A stretch of DNA of 64,000 bases. Source: Candidatus Woesearchaeota archaeon. Lineage in GTDB: Archaea; Nanobdellota; Nanobdellia; Woesearchaeales; GW2011-AR4. Position 1 is the first letter of the stretch. Each line of letters opens with the position of its first letter. Shown here piece by piece: positions 37,164-45,390 of the stretch. A program made the translations under genes and the position numbers. The stretch covers positions 104,861 through 168,860 of the forward strand of contig JACPJQ010000004.1 of assembly GCA_016187465.1 (NCBI GenBank). Reading direction: 5' to 3'. Below the pieces are notes generated by a model. The model was not told the DNA's origin. It saw only the letters and a program-made list of their open reading frames with translations, and searched no databases.

Positions 37164-37583
37164 CGGAGGATGGCAGACGTAAAAATAACAAACATGCTGA
37201 AATTCTACACATTGTGCCTTTTGGCAGCCGGAACAAAGCACGGCTATGACTTAATCAAAGAACTCGAAGAAAAACTTGGAAGGAAAATCAGCGCCAGCAA
37301 TGTCTACCCTTTCCTGAGCAATTTAAGAAAGAATAAATTGATAAGGTTTGATAAAGTCGGGAAGCGGGATAAAAAAACATATTACCTGACTTCTGAAGGG
37401 AAAAAGTTCACCACACAGATGTTCAGCAAATTCGGGGACTTGATCAACGCAGCTGTGGAGCCAAGGCTTAGGACATGCCCGTGCGGCTGCAGGGTTTATT
37501 CAGGCGGCTATTCAGAAAAGATTAGGGGAAAGATCATGCATTTCTGCTGCTCGCACTGCGCGAAAATGTTCAAGTCAAAATAG
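37164..37583 (+). CDS. PadR-family transcriptional regulator fused to C-terminal TRASH/YHS-like Cys-rich metal-binding domain
   Basis: PadR wHTH (KHGYDLIKELEEKLGRKISASNVYPFLSNLRKNKLI); C-terminus CPCGC...HFCCSHCAKMF. Confidence 0.6.
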   Translation, partial: RRMADVKITNMLKFYTLCLLAAGTKHGYDLIKELEEKLGRKISASNVYPFLSNLRKNKLIRFDKVGKRDKKTYYLTSEGKKFTTQMFSKFGDLINAAVEPRLRTCPCGCRVYSGGYSEKIRGKIMHFCCSHCAKMFKSK

Positions 37584-37605
37584 TTATGATCAAGCAGACA
37601 CCATA

Positions 37606-38901
37606 ATGCCAGCTTACAGGTTAAAAAAAGAAATTGGATTGCTTGAGGCTACGCTTTATGGAATTGGCGTAATCCTTGGAGCAGGCATCTATGCCCTTAT
37701 CGGCGTGGGTGCAGGAACAGCCGGAAACGCCTTGTGGATTTCTTTTTTGATTGGAGCGGTCATAGCTACATTTACGGGCTTCAGCTATGCAGAGCTGTCT
37801 TCAATGTATCCGAAAGAGGCGGCAGAGTACGTGTATACTCGGCATGCTTTTCGCAAGAAGCTGCTGGCATTTATAGTGCAGTGGCTTATGCTGTTTGTGG
37901 TCATTGCAGGGGCTGCTACTGTTGCGCTTGGGTTTGCAGGCTATTGGTACTTTTTGTTTGGCGGGAACCTTTTATTCATAGGCATTCTTCTTATTGCAGC
38001 AATGTCATTTATCAATTATATCGGCATAAAGGAGTCTGCTAGGTATAATGACATCTCCACCATCATAGAATCTTTTGGATTAGTTGCAATTATCCTTCTG
38101 GGCGCTTATTACATAAACAGGAATAATCTGCTGGAGTCAATCAATTTTTTTGAATCACCCTCGGGTTTTCATGGAATTCTCTCGGCGACAACCATAGTTT
38201 ATTTTGCTTTTATCGGATTTGAGAACCTTGTCAATATTTCAGAAGAGGCAAAGGATGCGCACAGGACGATTCCAAAAGCCTTGCTTATTTCGCTTGCCGT
38301 ATCCGCTCTGATTTATGTTTTGGTTTCGATATCGGCAGTCTCAATTCTTGGCTCAGACGTGCTTGCGAAGTCAAAAGCTCCTTTGGCAGAGGCTGCTGAG
38401 AAAGTAATCCCGAAAAGTTCAATTGTTTTGAGCCTGATTGCGCTATTTGCAACTTCCAATACAGTGCTTATACTTCTGATTGTCGCTTCCAGGCTGGTGT
38501 ACGGCTTGTCGTCTAATAGCCTGCTTCCTTCAGCTTTTTCAAGAATAGGCGGGCGGGGAACTCCTTTTATTTCAATAATAACCATCTCAGGATTGGCAGG
38601 GTTAAGCTTGCTTATCTTGGATATAAAGCGGCTGGCGCATCTTGTTGATCTTGGCGTATTTATTGTTTATATCTTTGTAAATATGTCCGTAATCCTCTTA
38701 AGATACCGAGAACCGGATATGAAAAGAGCCTTTAAAGCCCCTTTAAACATAGGCAGATTTCCATTATTGGCATTTTTTGGCATTGTCTTAAATTTTGGAA
38801 TGCTTTATTTTTACGACCTTATGACATTTGCTTACGGGCTTATTCTTATTGTTGTCGGCGCTGCAGTTTATTATATTTTTAATACGAAACAAAAATCTTA
38901 A
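37606..38901 (+). CDS. APC-family amino-acid permease
   Basis: 12-TM architecture; N-terminal GIGVILGAGIY and FIGFEN motifs. Confidence 0.8.
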   Translation: MPAYRLKKEIGLLEATLYGIGVILGAGIYALIGVGAGTAGNALWISFLIGAVIATFTGFSYAELSSMYPKEAAEYVYTRHAFRKKLLAFIVQWLMLFVVIAGAATVALGFAGYWYFLFGGNLLFIGILLIAAMSFINYIGIKESARYNDISTIIESFGLVAIILLGAYYINRNNLLESINFFESPSGFHGILSATTIVYFAFIGFENLVNISEEAKDAHRTIPKALLISLAVSALIYVLVSISAVSILGSDVLAKSKAPLAEAAEKVIPKSSIVLSLIALFATSNTVLILLIVASRLVYGLSSNSLLPSAFSRIGGRGTPFISIITISGLAGLSLLILDIKRLAHLVDLGVFIVYIFVNMSVILLRYREPDMKRAFKAPLNIGRFPLLAFFGIVLNFGMLYFYDLMTFAYGLILIVVGAAVYYIFNTKQKS

Positions 38902-39693
38902 CTATCTGGCTTTTATTTTTAATCTAAATAACATGAACGCCCCCAGCAAAAACAACGGAAAGCTCAATAACTGCCCCATAGTAAAATAACCGAGGATAAA
39001 GCTGATTTGCCCGTCAGGCTGCCTGAAAAACTCCACTAGTGTCCTGAACAATCCGTACAAAGCTACAAAGCTCCAGAACATGAATCCTTTCGGCAGTTTC
39101 TTGTCTTTGATAAACCATAAAATGAAGAAAATAGCTAAATTTTTCATTGATTCATAAATCTGCGACGGATGCCTGCAGCCTGACGGCAGATTTTCAACAA
39201 ACTTGTTCTTCGAGTAGTCGATGCACCATGGAGCATTTGTTATTCTTCCGTAAAGCTCTGCGTTTATGAAGTTTCCAATCCTTCCAAAAGCTAACGCCAA
39301 GGCCACCGGAACAACTGCAATATCCGCCATATCATAAAACTCTATCTTTTTCTTTTTGCAGAAAAAGTAAGTGGCAATAATTGCTCCCAATAATCCTCCG
39401 TGAAAACTCAAGCCGCCATGCCACAGTGCAAAAATCTCAATCGGATTCTGAATATAAAACTGCAGATTATAAAACAAAATATATACGATTCTTGCGCCAA
39501 GCACAATCCCAACTATTTCATAGACGATAAAATCAGCAACATCATCTTTTGTTATAGGTAACTCTTTTCTTTTTGCAAGGTAAGAAATCATAAAATACGC
39601 AATCAGAAACCCAAGCGCGTAGAACAATCCGTAATACCTTATCTGAAAAGGCCCTATTTCGAGCAAAACGGGATTTATGTTGTGGAAGAACAT
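38902..39693 (-). CDS. lgt: prolipoprotein diacylglyceryl transferase
   Basis: Lgt signature LWHGGLSFHGGLLG and 7-TM architecture. Confidence 0.7.
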   Translation of the reverse strand: MFFHNINPVLLEIGPFQIRYYGLFYALGFLIAYFMISYLAKRKELPITKDDVADFIVYEIVGIVLGARIVYILFYNLQFYIQNPIEIFALWHGGLSFHGGLLGAIIATYFFCKKKKIEFYDMADIAVVPVALALAFGRIGNFINAELYGRITNAPWCIDYSKNKFVENLPSGCRHPSQIYESMKNLAIFFILWFIKDKKLPKGFMFWSFVALYGLFRTLVEFFRQPDGQISFILGYFTMGQLLSFPLFLLGAFMLFRLKIKAR

Positions 39694-39884
39694 ACAAGAT
39701 AGATTAAAAGTATTTTATTTAAAGTTATTGTATAAATGAAATAGGCGAGCTAATGAGCGAGCCAAGAATACGCCGTAGGCGGATTAATTTATTTCAAATC
39801 AATGTTTTGCTTACTTCTTGCCTTGGACAATGGAGGCACGATCCAATAATATAAAACCCATTAATAAAAATCTAAAAAATAAAG

Positions 39885-40454
39885 CTAATTCCTGCCTTTC
39901 ATAGAAATATCATACATTACTTCCTCTAATTTCTTTAAGTTCCATTTTATAGAGTCTGATTTCTTCCTCAGCTCGCCGTTTCTTAGGTGAAGTTTCAAGA
40001 ATTCACCGTAAATGTCGTGCACTAATTCTTTTATTTTTTCCGCTTCATCAAACTTCTTGTGTATAACGTCATAAATTGCCTTCCTCACAAGTTCGCCCGT
40101 CAAATCACAAAGCCCGCTTAGATAATCTTCAGCGGAGACCCCGAGGCTTGCTCTTGTCGGTATCTTATTGTTCTTGACAAATTCATGGAAAGCAACTGCC
40201 TCAACATACTCCTGGAAAGCAACAGAATTAATGTTTGTATCGGTATCAATATTGATTTTTTTCAGCTTATTGACCTTTTCTTTTATATCTTTGACAATAT
40301 TACCTGCTTGGATTAAATCATTCCTCTGCGCAGCATATATCACCTGCTTTGACAAAGTGATTATCTCTCTTGACAGCTGGATTATATTCTCCCTTTTCTC
40401 GTCCAGCCTGTGCATCTCTTCCCTTATCCTGCTAAATTCATTTTTGTTGAGCAT
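39885..40454 (-). CDS. translin-family protein
   Basis: DYLSGLCDLTGELVRKAI motif; start trimmed to internal Met. Confidence 0.55.
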   Translation of the reverse strand: MLNKNEFSRIREEMHRLDEKRENIIQLSREIITLSKQVIYAAQRNDLIQAGNIVKDIKEKVNKLKKINIDTDTNINSVAFQEYVEAVAFHEFVKNNKIPTRASLGVSAEDYLSGLCDLTGELVRKAIYDVIHKKFDEAEKIKELVHDIYGEFLKLHLRNGELRKKSDSIKWNLKKLEEVMYDISMKGRN

Positions 40455-40595
40455 ATAACCTAAGTTTGGTTTTATGTTTATAAAGGTTTTCAGTTTTGGC
40501 GGCAAAAACCAAAACATACTCACTTACGTTCATAGCTTCTTTTTTGCTTGCACAAAAAAGAAACATTTAAATACATATTTTAGAGTTAAACTAGC

Positions 40596-41171
40596 ATGGC
40601 AAGCCAAGTTGCTGCAGTTACCCCGTTTAGAGGAGTCATAAACTTCTTTGATAGCATTGGATTGTTTGATGTTGTTCTGCCTTTCTTACTGGTATTCACG
40701 ATTGTTTTTGCCATACTTGAAAAGACAAAAGTCTTGGGAATGGAGGAGATTGAAGGCAAGAAATACACAAAGAAGAACTTAAATGCAATCGCAGCTTTCG
40801 TAATTGCATTTTTGGTAGTTGCCTCATCACAATTGGTTGAGATTATAACAACAGTCTCGGCAAATGCAGTCGTTGTTTTGTTCCTGGCAGTTTTATTCCT
40901 GATGCTGGTCGGCTCATTTTACAAGGAAGGCGAGGCAGTTTACCTTGAAGGAGGCTGGAAGATAGTTTTCATGATAATAGTCTTTATAGCAATAGTCGGC
41001 ATTTTCCTTGACGCAATAAAGGATGAAAATGGAAGAAGCTGGCTTGAGCGGGTAGGTGACTTTTCAGGAGGCAATGACCAGATTGCGGGCGCTGTCATTT
41101 TATTGGCAATCATTGTTTTGTTCATGGTTTATGCCATGAAAGAGCCTTCCAAAGAGGCAAAGCATTCATAA
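40596..41171 (+). CDS. membrane protein, paralog 1 of tandem triplet
   Basis: shared N-terminal module GLFDVVLPFLLVFTIVFAILEKTKVLG. Confidence 0.45.
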   Translation: MASQVAAVTPFRGVINFFDSIGLFDVVLPFLLVFTIVFAILEKTKVLGMEEIEGKKYTKKNLNAIAAFVIAFLVVASSQLVEIITTVSANAVVVLFLAVLFLMLVGSFYKEGEAVYLEGGWKIVFMIIVFIAIVGIFLDAIKDENGRSWLERVGDFSGGNDQIAGAVILLAIIVLFMVYAMKEPSKEAKHS

Positions 41172-41225
41172 ACTTTATATACTACTTCCAAAATGATTTA
41201 ATCCTATAATAAAAGAGGCAAAAAA

Positions 41226-41828
41226 ATGGTTGCAGAGTCTTTCAGGCTTGAAAGCTTTTTCAGGAATCTTGACAATTGGGGCTTGACAGACATCATCCTG
41301 CCGTTCTTATTGATATTTGTAATTGTATACGCAATACTTCAGAAAACAAAAATCCTTGGAGAGGGAAAGAAAAACCTCAACAGCATTGTTGCGATAGTGG
41401 CTGCCTTGCTTGTTGTGGTGCCGCATGCAACCGGCAGGTTTCCCTCAAACGCAGACCCTGTCCTCATTATAAACCAGGCTCTGCCCCAGGTTTCAATTGT
41501 TATTGTTGCAGTAATTTTCCTGCTTATCCTGATAGGTGTATTTGGCCAGGATTATGTATTCCTGGGCGTTTCAATGCCCGGCTGGATTACATTAGTCTCA
41601 TTAGTCATCATAGTGCTGATTTTTGGCGGGGCAGCCGGATGGTGGGAAGGCGATTTCGGCAGTACCCTTGAGAACTTTTTCGGCACAGAAGGCGTAGCTG
41701 TATTCATCATGCTGGTCACTTTTGGGTTAATCATAGCGTGGGTTACAGGCGATTCAAAGGAAAGGGAAGACCGCACGATCCTCAACCGCCTTGGCATGGA
41801 CTTCAGCAAGCTTTTCGGCAAGAAATAG
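41226..41828 (+). CDS. membrane protein, paralog 2 of tandem triplet
   Basis: GLTDIILPFLLIFVIVYAILQKTKILG. Confidence 0.45.
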   Translation: MVAESFRLESFFRNLDNWGLTDIILPFLLIFVIVYAILQKTKILGEGKKNLNSIVAIVAALLVVVPHATGRFPSNADPVLIINQALPQVSIVIVAVIFLLILIGVFGQDYVFLGVSMPGWITLVSLVIIVLIFGGAAGWWEGDFGSTLENFFGTEGVAVFIMLVTFGLIIAWVTGDSKEREDRTILNRLGMDFSKLFGKK

Positions 41829-41840
41829 CTTTAAAATAAC

Positions 41841-42341
41841 ATGGCAACATTCTTGGATGTAACGGGCTTGGAGCATTTCTCGAGCATTTTTGTCTTTCTT
41901 TTCGTATGGCTGGTTGTGTACGCTGTAATGCTCTGGACAAAGGTCTTGGGCGACAACCATTTCGTACATGCAATGGTTGGATTGCTGATGGGCATTTTCG
42001 TGCTGATATCTCCGATAGCAACAAATGTGATTGCCAGCGTTGCCCCTTATCTTGCAGTTATCCTATTGTTTGTGGTCTTAGTAAATACAGCATCAAAAAT
42101 GCTTGGAGCAGACATGGAATCCTTTCCGGCACTCAAAGGCATTATGCTGACATTTATCCTGCTCACAATTATTATAGCGGTTGGCGTGAAAGTGAGGGAG
42201 CAGGTAGACGTTCCTTCGGAAACCCAGAAAGACCTCTCAAAGACAGTCAACTTGATTTTCCATCCCACCTTTCTCGGCATGATTCTGGTTTTTGCAATAG
42301 CTGTTTTCACGATTGCGCTGCTGGCTAGCAAAGGCGGTTGA
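41841..42341 (+). CDS. membrane protein, paralog 3 of tandem triplet (more diverged)
   Basis: GLEHFSSIFVFLFVWLVVYAVMLWTKVLG. Confidence 0.4.
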   Translation: MATFLDVTGLEHFSSIFVFLFVWLVVYAVMLWTKVLGDNHFVHAMVGLLMGIFVLISPIATNVIASVAPYLAVILLFVVLVNTASKMLGADMESFPALKGIMLTFILLTIIIAVGVKVREQVDVPSETQKDLSKTVNLIFHPTFLGMILVFAIAVFTIALLASKGG

Positions 42342-42409
42342 AAAAGTTAAATGTAATTAAAGAAAGATTTCTCGCAAAGTTTTTAACTACAATCGTTATA
42401 AAATTTGTT

Positions 42410-42637
42410 ATGGAAGATTTAAAACCCGGCAAATACAAACATTACAAGGGTAAATTCTATGAAGTGATAGGCGTTGCAAGACACACAGAAACAATGGAAG
42501 AATTAGTTATTTATCGTGCTCTTTATACCTCCAAGGAATTTGGTAAAAACACTTCATGGGTCAGGCCAAAATCGGTTTTCCTTGGCAATGTTGAAGTTGA
42601 TGGAGAACAGGTCCCTCGTTTTAGGTTTATTGGATAG
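42410..42637 (+). CDS. DUF1653-domain protein
   Basis: GKYKHYKGKFYEV...HTETMEELVIYRALY...WVRP...VPRFRF. Confidence 0.65.
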   Translation: MEDLKPGKYKHYKGKFYEVIGVARHTETMEELVIYRALYTSKEFGKNTSWVRPKSVFLGNVEVDGEQVPRFRFIG

Positions 42638-42702
42638 CAATGACTTGTTTTGACTCGCACAATAATCTATCGCCAGAAAAAAGGCAGATGGAACACCTTA
42701 TC

Positions 42703-43398
42703 TTACTTCTTCACAGGCTCTTTATACCCTTTAGTCATCCTGTCCAATTTATTCACGCTCTCTGTTAGATTAGGCAGAACTTTCTGGAATACCTTTTCCA
42801 TAGCCTTGACCTCCACGCCAACGTCAACAATATTCTGGTCATAGGCTGTAATCTTGCTCATTATGCTTTTTGTCAATGTATCCATGCTAATCCTCATATC
42901 AATTATCTGCTGCTCAAGCTTTGCTATTCTATCCTCACTTTTTTCCTTCCATTCAATAACCTTCTTTATGTCCTTTGTCATTTCATCCCATTTCTCATCA
43001 ATAATTGCTTCTGCCACTTCCTGTATCCTCTCTTCATCTATTGAAACAGGAGTTTCGAGCTCCTTGGGGGTCTGAAAGCTTTGGAATGGCTGCTGGTAAG
43101 GCTGCTCGTAACTCTGCCCGTACTCCGGCATCCCGGTTTCCATATCTTCTGGCGGCTCAGCAGCCTTAATTCCGCCGCTTAAGCCTGCTTGGTTTATCGC
43201 ATCATAAATCTGGTTTGTGTTGTAGCCCTGGCTTTGAAGGGTCTGTACTATCTGGTTGTTTGTGTACCCCTGCTGTTTCATCATAAGAATTTGCTCAATG
43301 GGCGAGCTTTGGGCTGGCGCCTGCACTTCTGGAGGGGGTATTTGCAAATCCAATGATTCATCCTTTTTTTTCTTTGCCAGCTTAAAGAAAGCCATCAA
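42703..43398 (-). CDS. hypothetical Gln-rich / coiled-coil protein
   Basis: 231-aa ORF. Confidence 0.35.
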   Translation of the reverse strand: MMAFFKLAKKKKDESLDLQIPPPEVQAPAQSSPIEQILMMKQQGYTNNQIVQTLQSQGYNTNQIYDAINQAGLSGGIKAAEPPEDMETGMPEYGQSYEQPYQQPFQSFQTPKELETPVSIDEERIQEVAEAIIDEKWDEMTKDIKKVIEWKEKSEDRIAKLEQQIIDMRISMDTLTKSIMSKITAYDQNIVDVGVEVKAMEKVFQKVLPNLTESVNKLDRMTKGYKEPVKK

Positions 43399-43593
43399 TG
43401 CACCTCTCTTTTGACATATCGGAAATTTTTATATTTAATTTATTTGCAAAATGTCGGAAATCAATATTTCCGAGCACCATCGAAAATTGCAAAGCAATTT
43501 ATCGAGGATTTCCGAGTATACTCGAAAACCACTCATTAATATTATGAATTGTGGTTTTTGACATTCTACTTTTTAGAATATATTTAAACCTTT

Positions 43594-44043
43594 CTATTGC
43601 TGCTTTTTCTCAAGAATTTCGCTGATAATCTGCTCAACCTCGTTTTGAGTAACAAACCTAATGGGATTCCATAAATTTATGTATTTCTCAAGCACCTTGA
43701 CTTCTTCTTTTCTCGCAACATTTTGCAGCTCTTTTATTATGAGAAGCAATTTGTCCCTCAACTCCTGGATTTCCTTTCTTATCTCGTTGACGTCGGATGT
43801 TAGGGTTTTTATTTCAGCAGAGTAATGCCTGTTCTTTGCTATGATATTTTCTTCTGTAATCTGCAGAAATCTTCTAAGGTTTGTAAAGCCCTCCTCAATC
43901 AGCCTTAATCTCCTGCTTAATGTGTTTATGTCATCTGTAACATTGCCCAAATCAGGCCCTTGAGGCTGCTGCGCATGGCCAAAATTCAGAATTCCCTCAT
44001 GTTTTTTAGGCGGTGGCGGCAAAGTAGATGGGGTAATCTCCAT
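43594..44043 (-). CDS. hypothetical coiled-coil protein
   Basis: 149-aa ORF. Confidence 0.35.
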   Translation of the reverse strand: MEITPSTLPPPPKKHEGILNFGHAQQPQGPDLGNVTDDINTLSRRLRLIEEGFTNLRRFLQITEENIIAKNRHYSAEIKTLTSDVNEIRKEIQELRDKLLLIIKELQNVARKEEVKVLEKYINLWNPIRFVTQNEVEQIISEILEKKQQ

Positions 44044-44091
44044 TTTAACCTCTTTTTTGGTTATAATTTTGAACTATTTATTTAAACTTTG

Positions 44092-44919
44092 TTATTTGTA
44101 ATAATCCTTCAAATCACTCTCAATCTTATAAACTCTTTTTGCGTCCTTGACAATCCTTAAGTCGACTTCCTTAATTAATACCCCCTCTTTATTGTTGTTT
44201 ATCATGGAGATTGTTCCATAAAACGGCAAGGCGATCTGTGTCCTGCCCAGCAATATATCTTTAGAGTTAAAATCACCGGCAGCGTTTACATAAACAAACA
44301 CAGCATGGCTTTCAATAGCCCTCGCAGAAACTAAATCATCAACTTCTTTTGGAGTCTTGTTCTTAAAATACTTGTTGCTGTAAATCCAGTCGTAAGAAGG
44401 TGATTTTGCGCACCAGAACGACGGGCAGAATACGATTTCAGCATTCTTCAGCATAAGCTTTCTTGTTATTTCAGGATAAAGCAAATCCCTGCATATCTGG
44501 ATTCCTATATTGCCGATTTTTGTCTTGAAAACTGAAACTTCATTCCCTTCTGTTAAATATTTTGCCTCGGATTTCTGCACCAAATGATTTTTTTCATAAA
44601 TGCCATTAGTGCTGCCTTTGTCGTTGAATAAATAGCTTATATTGTAAAAATGATTATTGATTTTTTCTATCACTGAACCCATAACTGAGTAAATGCCGTA
44701 GTCTTTTGATAATCTGGAAAATATTTTTTTTGATATAACCGGTATTTTAGAATCATACTTTTCCTTTTTTAATGGCCCTGTCAGAAATATCTCCGGGAAG
44801 CAGATTATATCGCAGTTTTTTTTATTCGCAATCTTAAAGAATTTTTCAGCACTGATCAAGTTTTTATTGAAATCTTCTGATACTTTGGATTGCACAGCGC
44901 AGATTTTGATTGATTTCAT
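44092..44919 (-). CDS. carbon-nitrogen hydrolase (nitrilase superfamily)
   Basis: catalytic E (FPE), K and C (IGIQICRD) in the expected order. Confidence 0.8.
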   Translation of the reverse strand: MKSIKICAVQSKVSEDFNKNLISAEKFFKIANKKNCDIICFPEIFLTGPLKKEKYDSKIPVISKKIFSRLSKDYGIYSVMGSVIEKINNHFYNISYLFNDKGSTNGIYEKNHLVQKSEAKYLTEGNEVSVFKTKIGNIGIQICRDLLYPEITRKLMLKNAEIVFCPSFWCAKSPSYDWIYSNKYFKNKTPKEVDDLVSARAIESHAVFVYVNAAGDFNSKDILLGRTQIALPFYGTISMINNNKEGVLIKEVDLRIVKDAKRVYKIESDLKDYYK

Positions 44920-45060
44920 CTGTTTATTGGTATATCCCTGTGGTTTTTAATTTTTGCCATTTGGTATTTTGGAACCAAAATCTTTAAATATCCGTTATAT
45001 TATGAACTAACATAAACTATAGAAAATAATATAAAATATATATTATAATATATTTTGCTG

Positions 45061-45201
45061 ATGAAAAAGCCTATAAGCGCCACCATAGATCAGGATTTGG
45101 TCAATTGGATTGAAAAGGAGATTAATGATACTAAAAAATACAGGAATAAGTCGCATCTGATAGAAGTTGCAATAGAAATGCTAAAGTCAGGCAAAAAATA
45201 A
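45061..45201 (+). CDS. 46-aa ribbon-helix-helix (CopG/Arc-like) putative regulator upstream of the pilus ATPase
   Basis: MKKPISATIDQDLVNWIEKE...HLIEVAIEMLK; found manually. Confidence 0.4.
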   Translation: MKKPISATIDQDLVNWIEKEINDTKKYRNKSHLIEVAIEMLKSGKK

Positions 45202-45390
45202 CCAATATGGAATCAAAAATAAAATTCATTAGCGATTTAAAACATCAACCAAATTAAAATAAAATAACAATAAATAACCCATTAGATAAAATTCATTAAC
45301 AAATAACTCAATAACGATTGGACATTAACCATCAAACATTAACAAAATAAAAATAAAAAATTAATGAATGAATAGGCGAGGCTCCGAATA

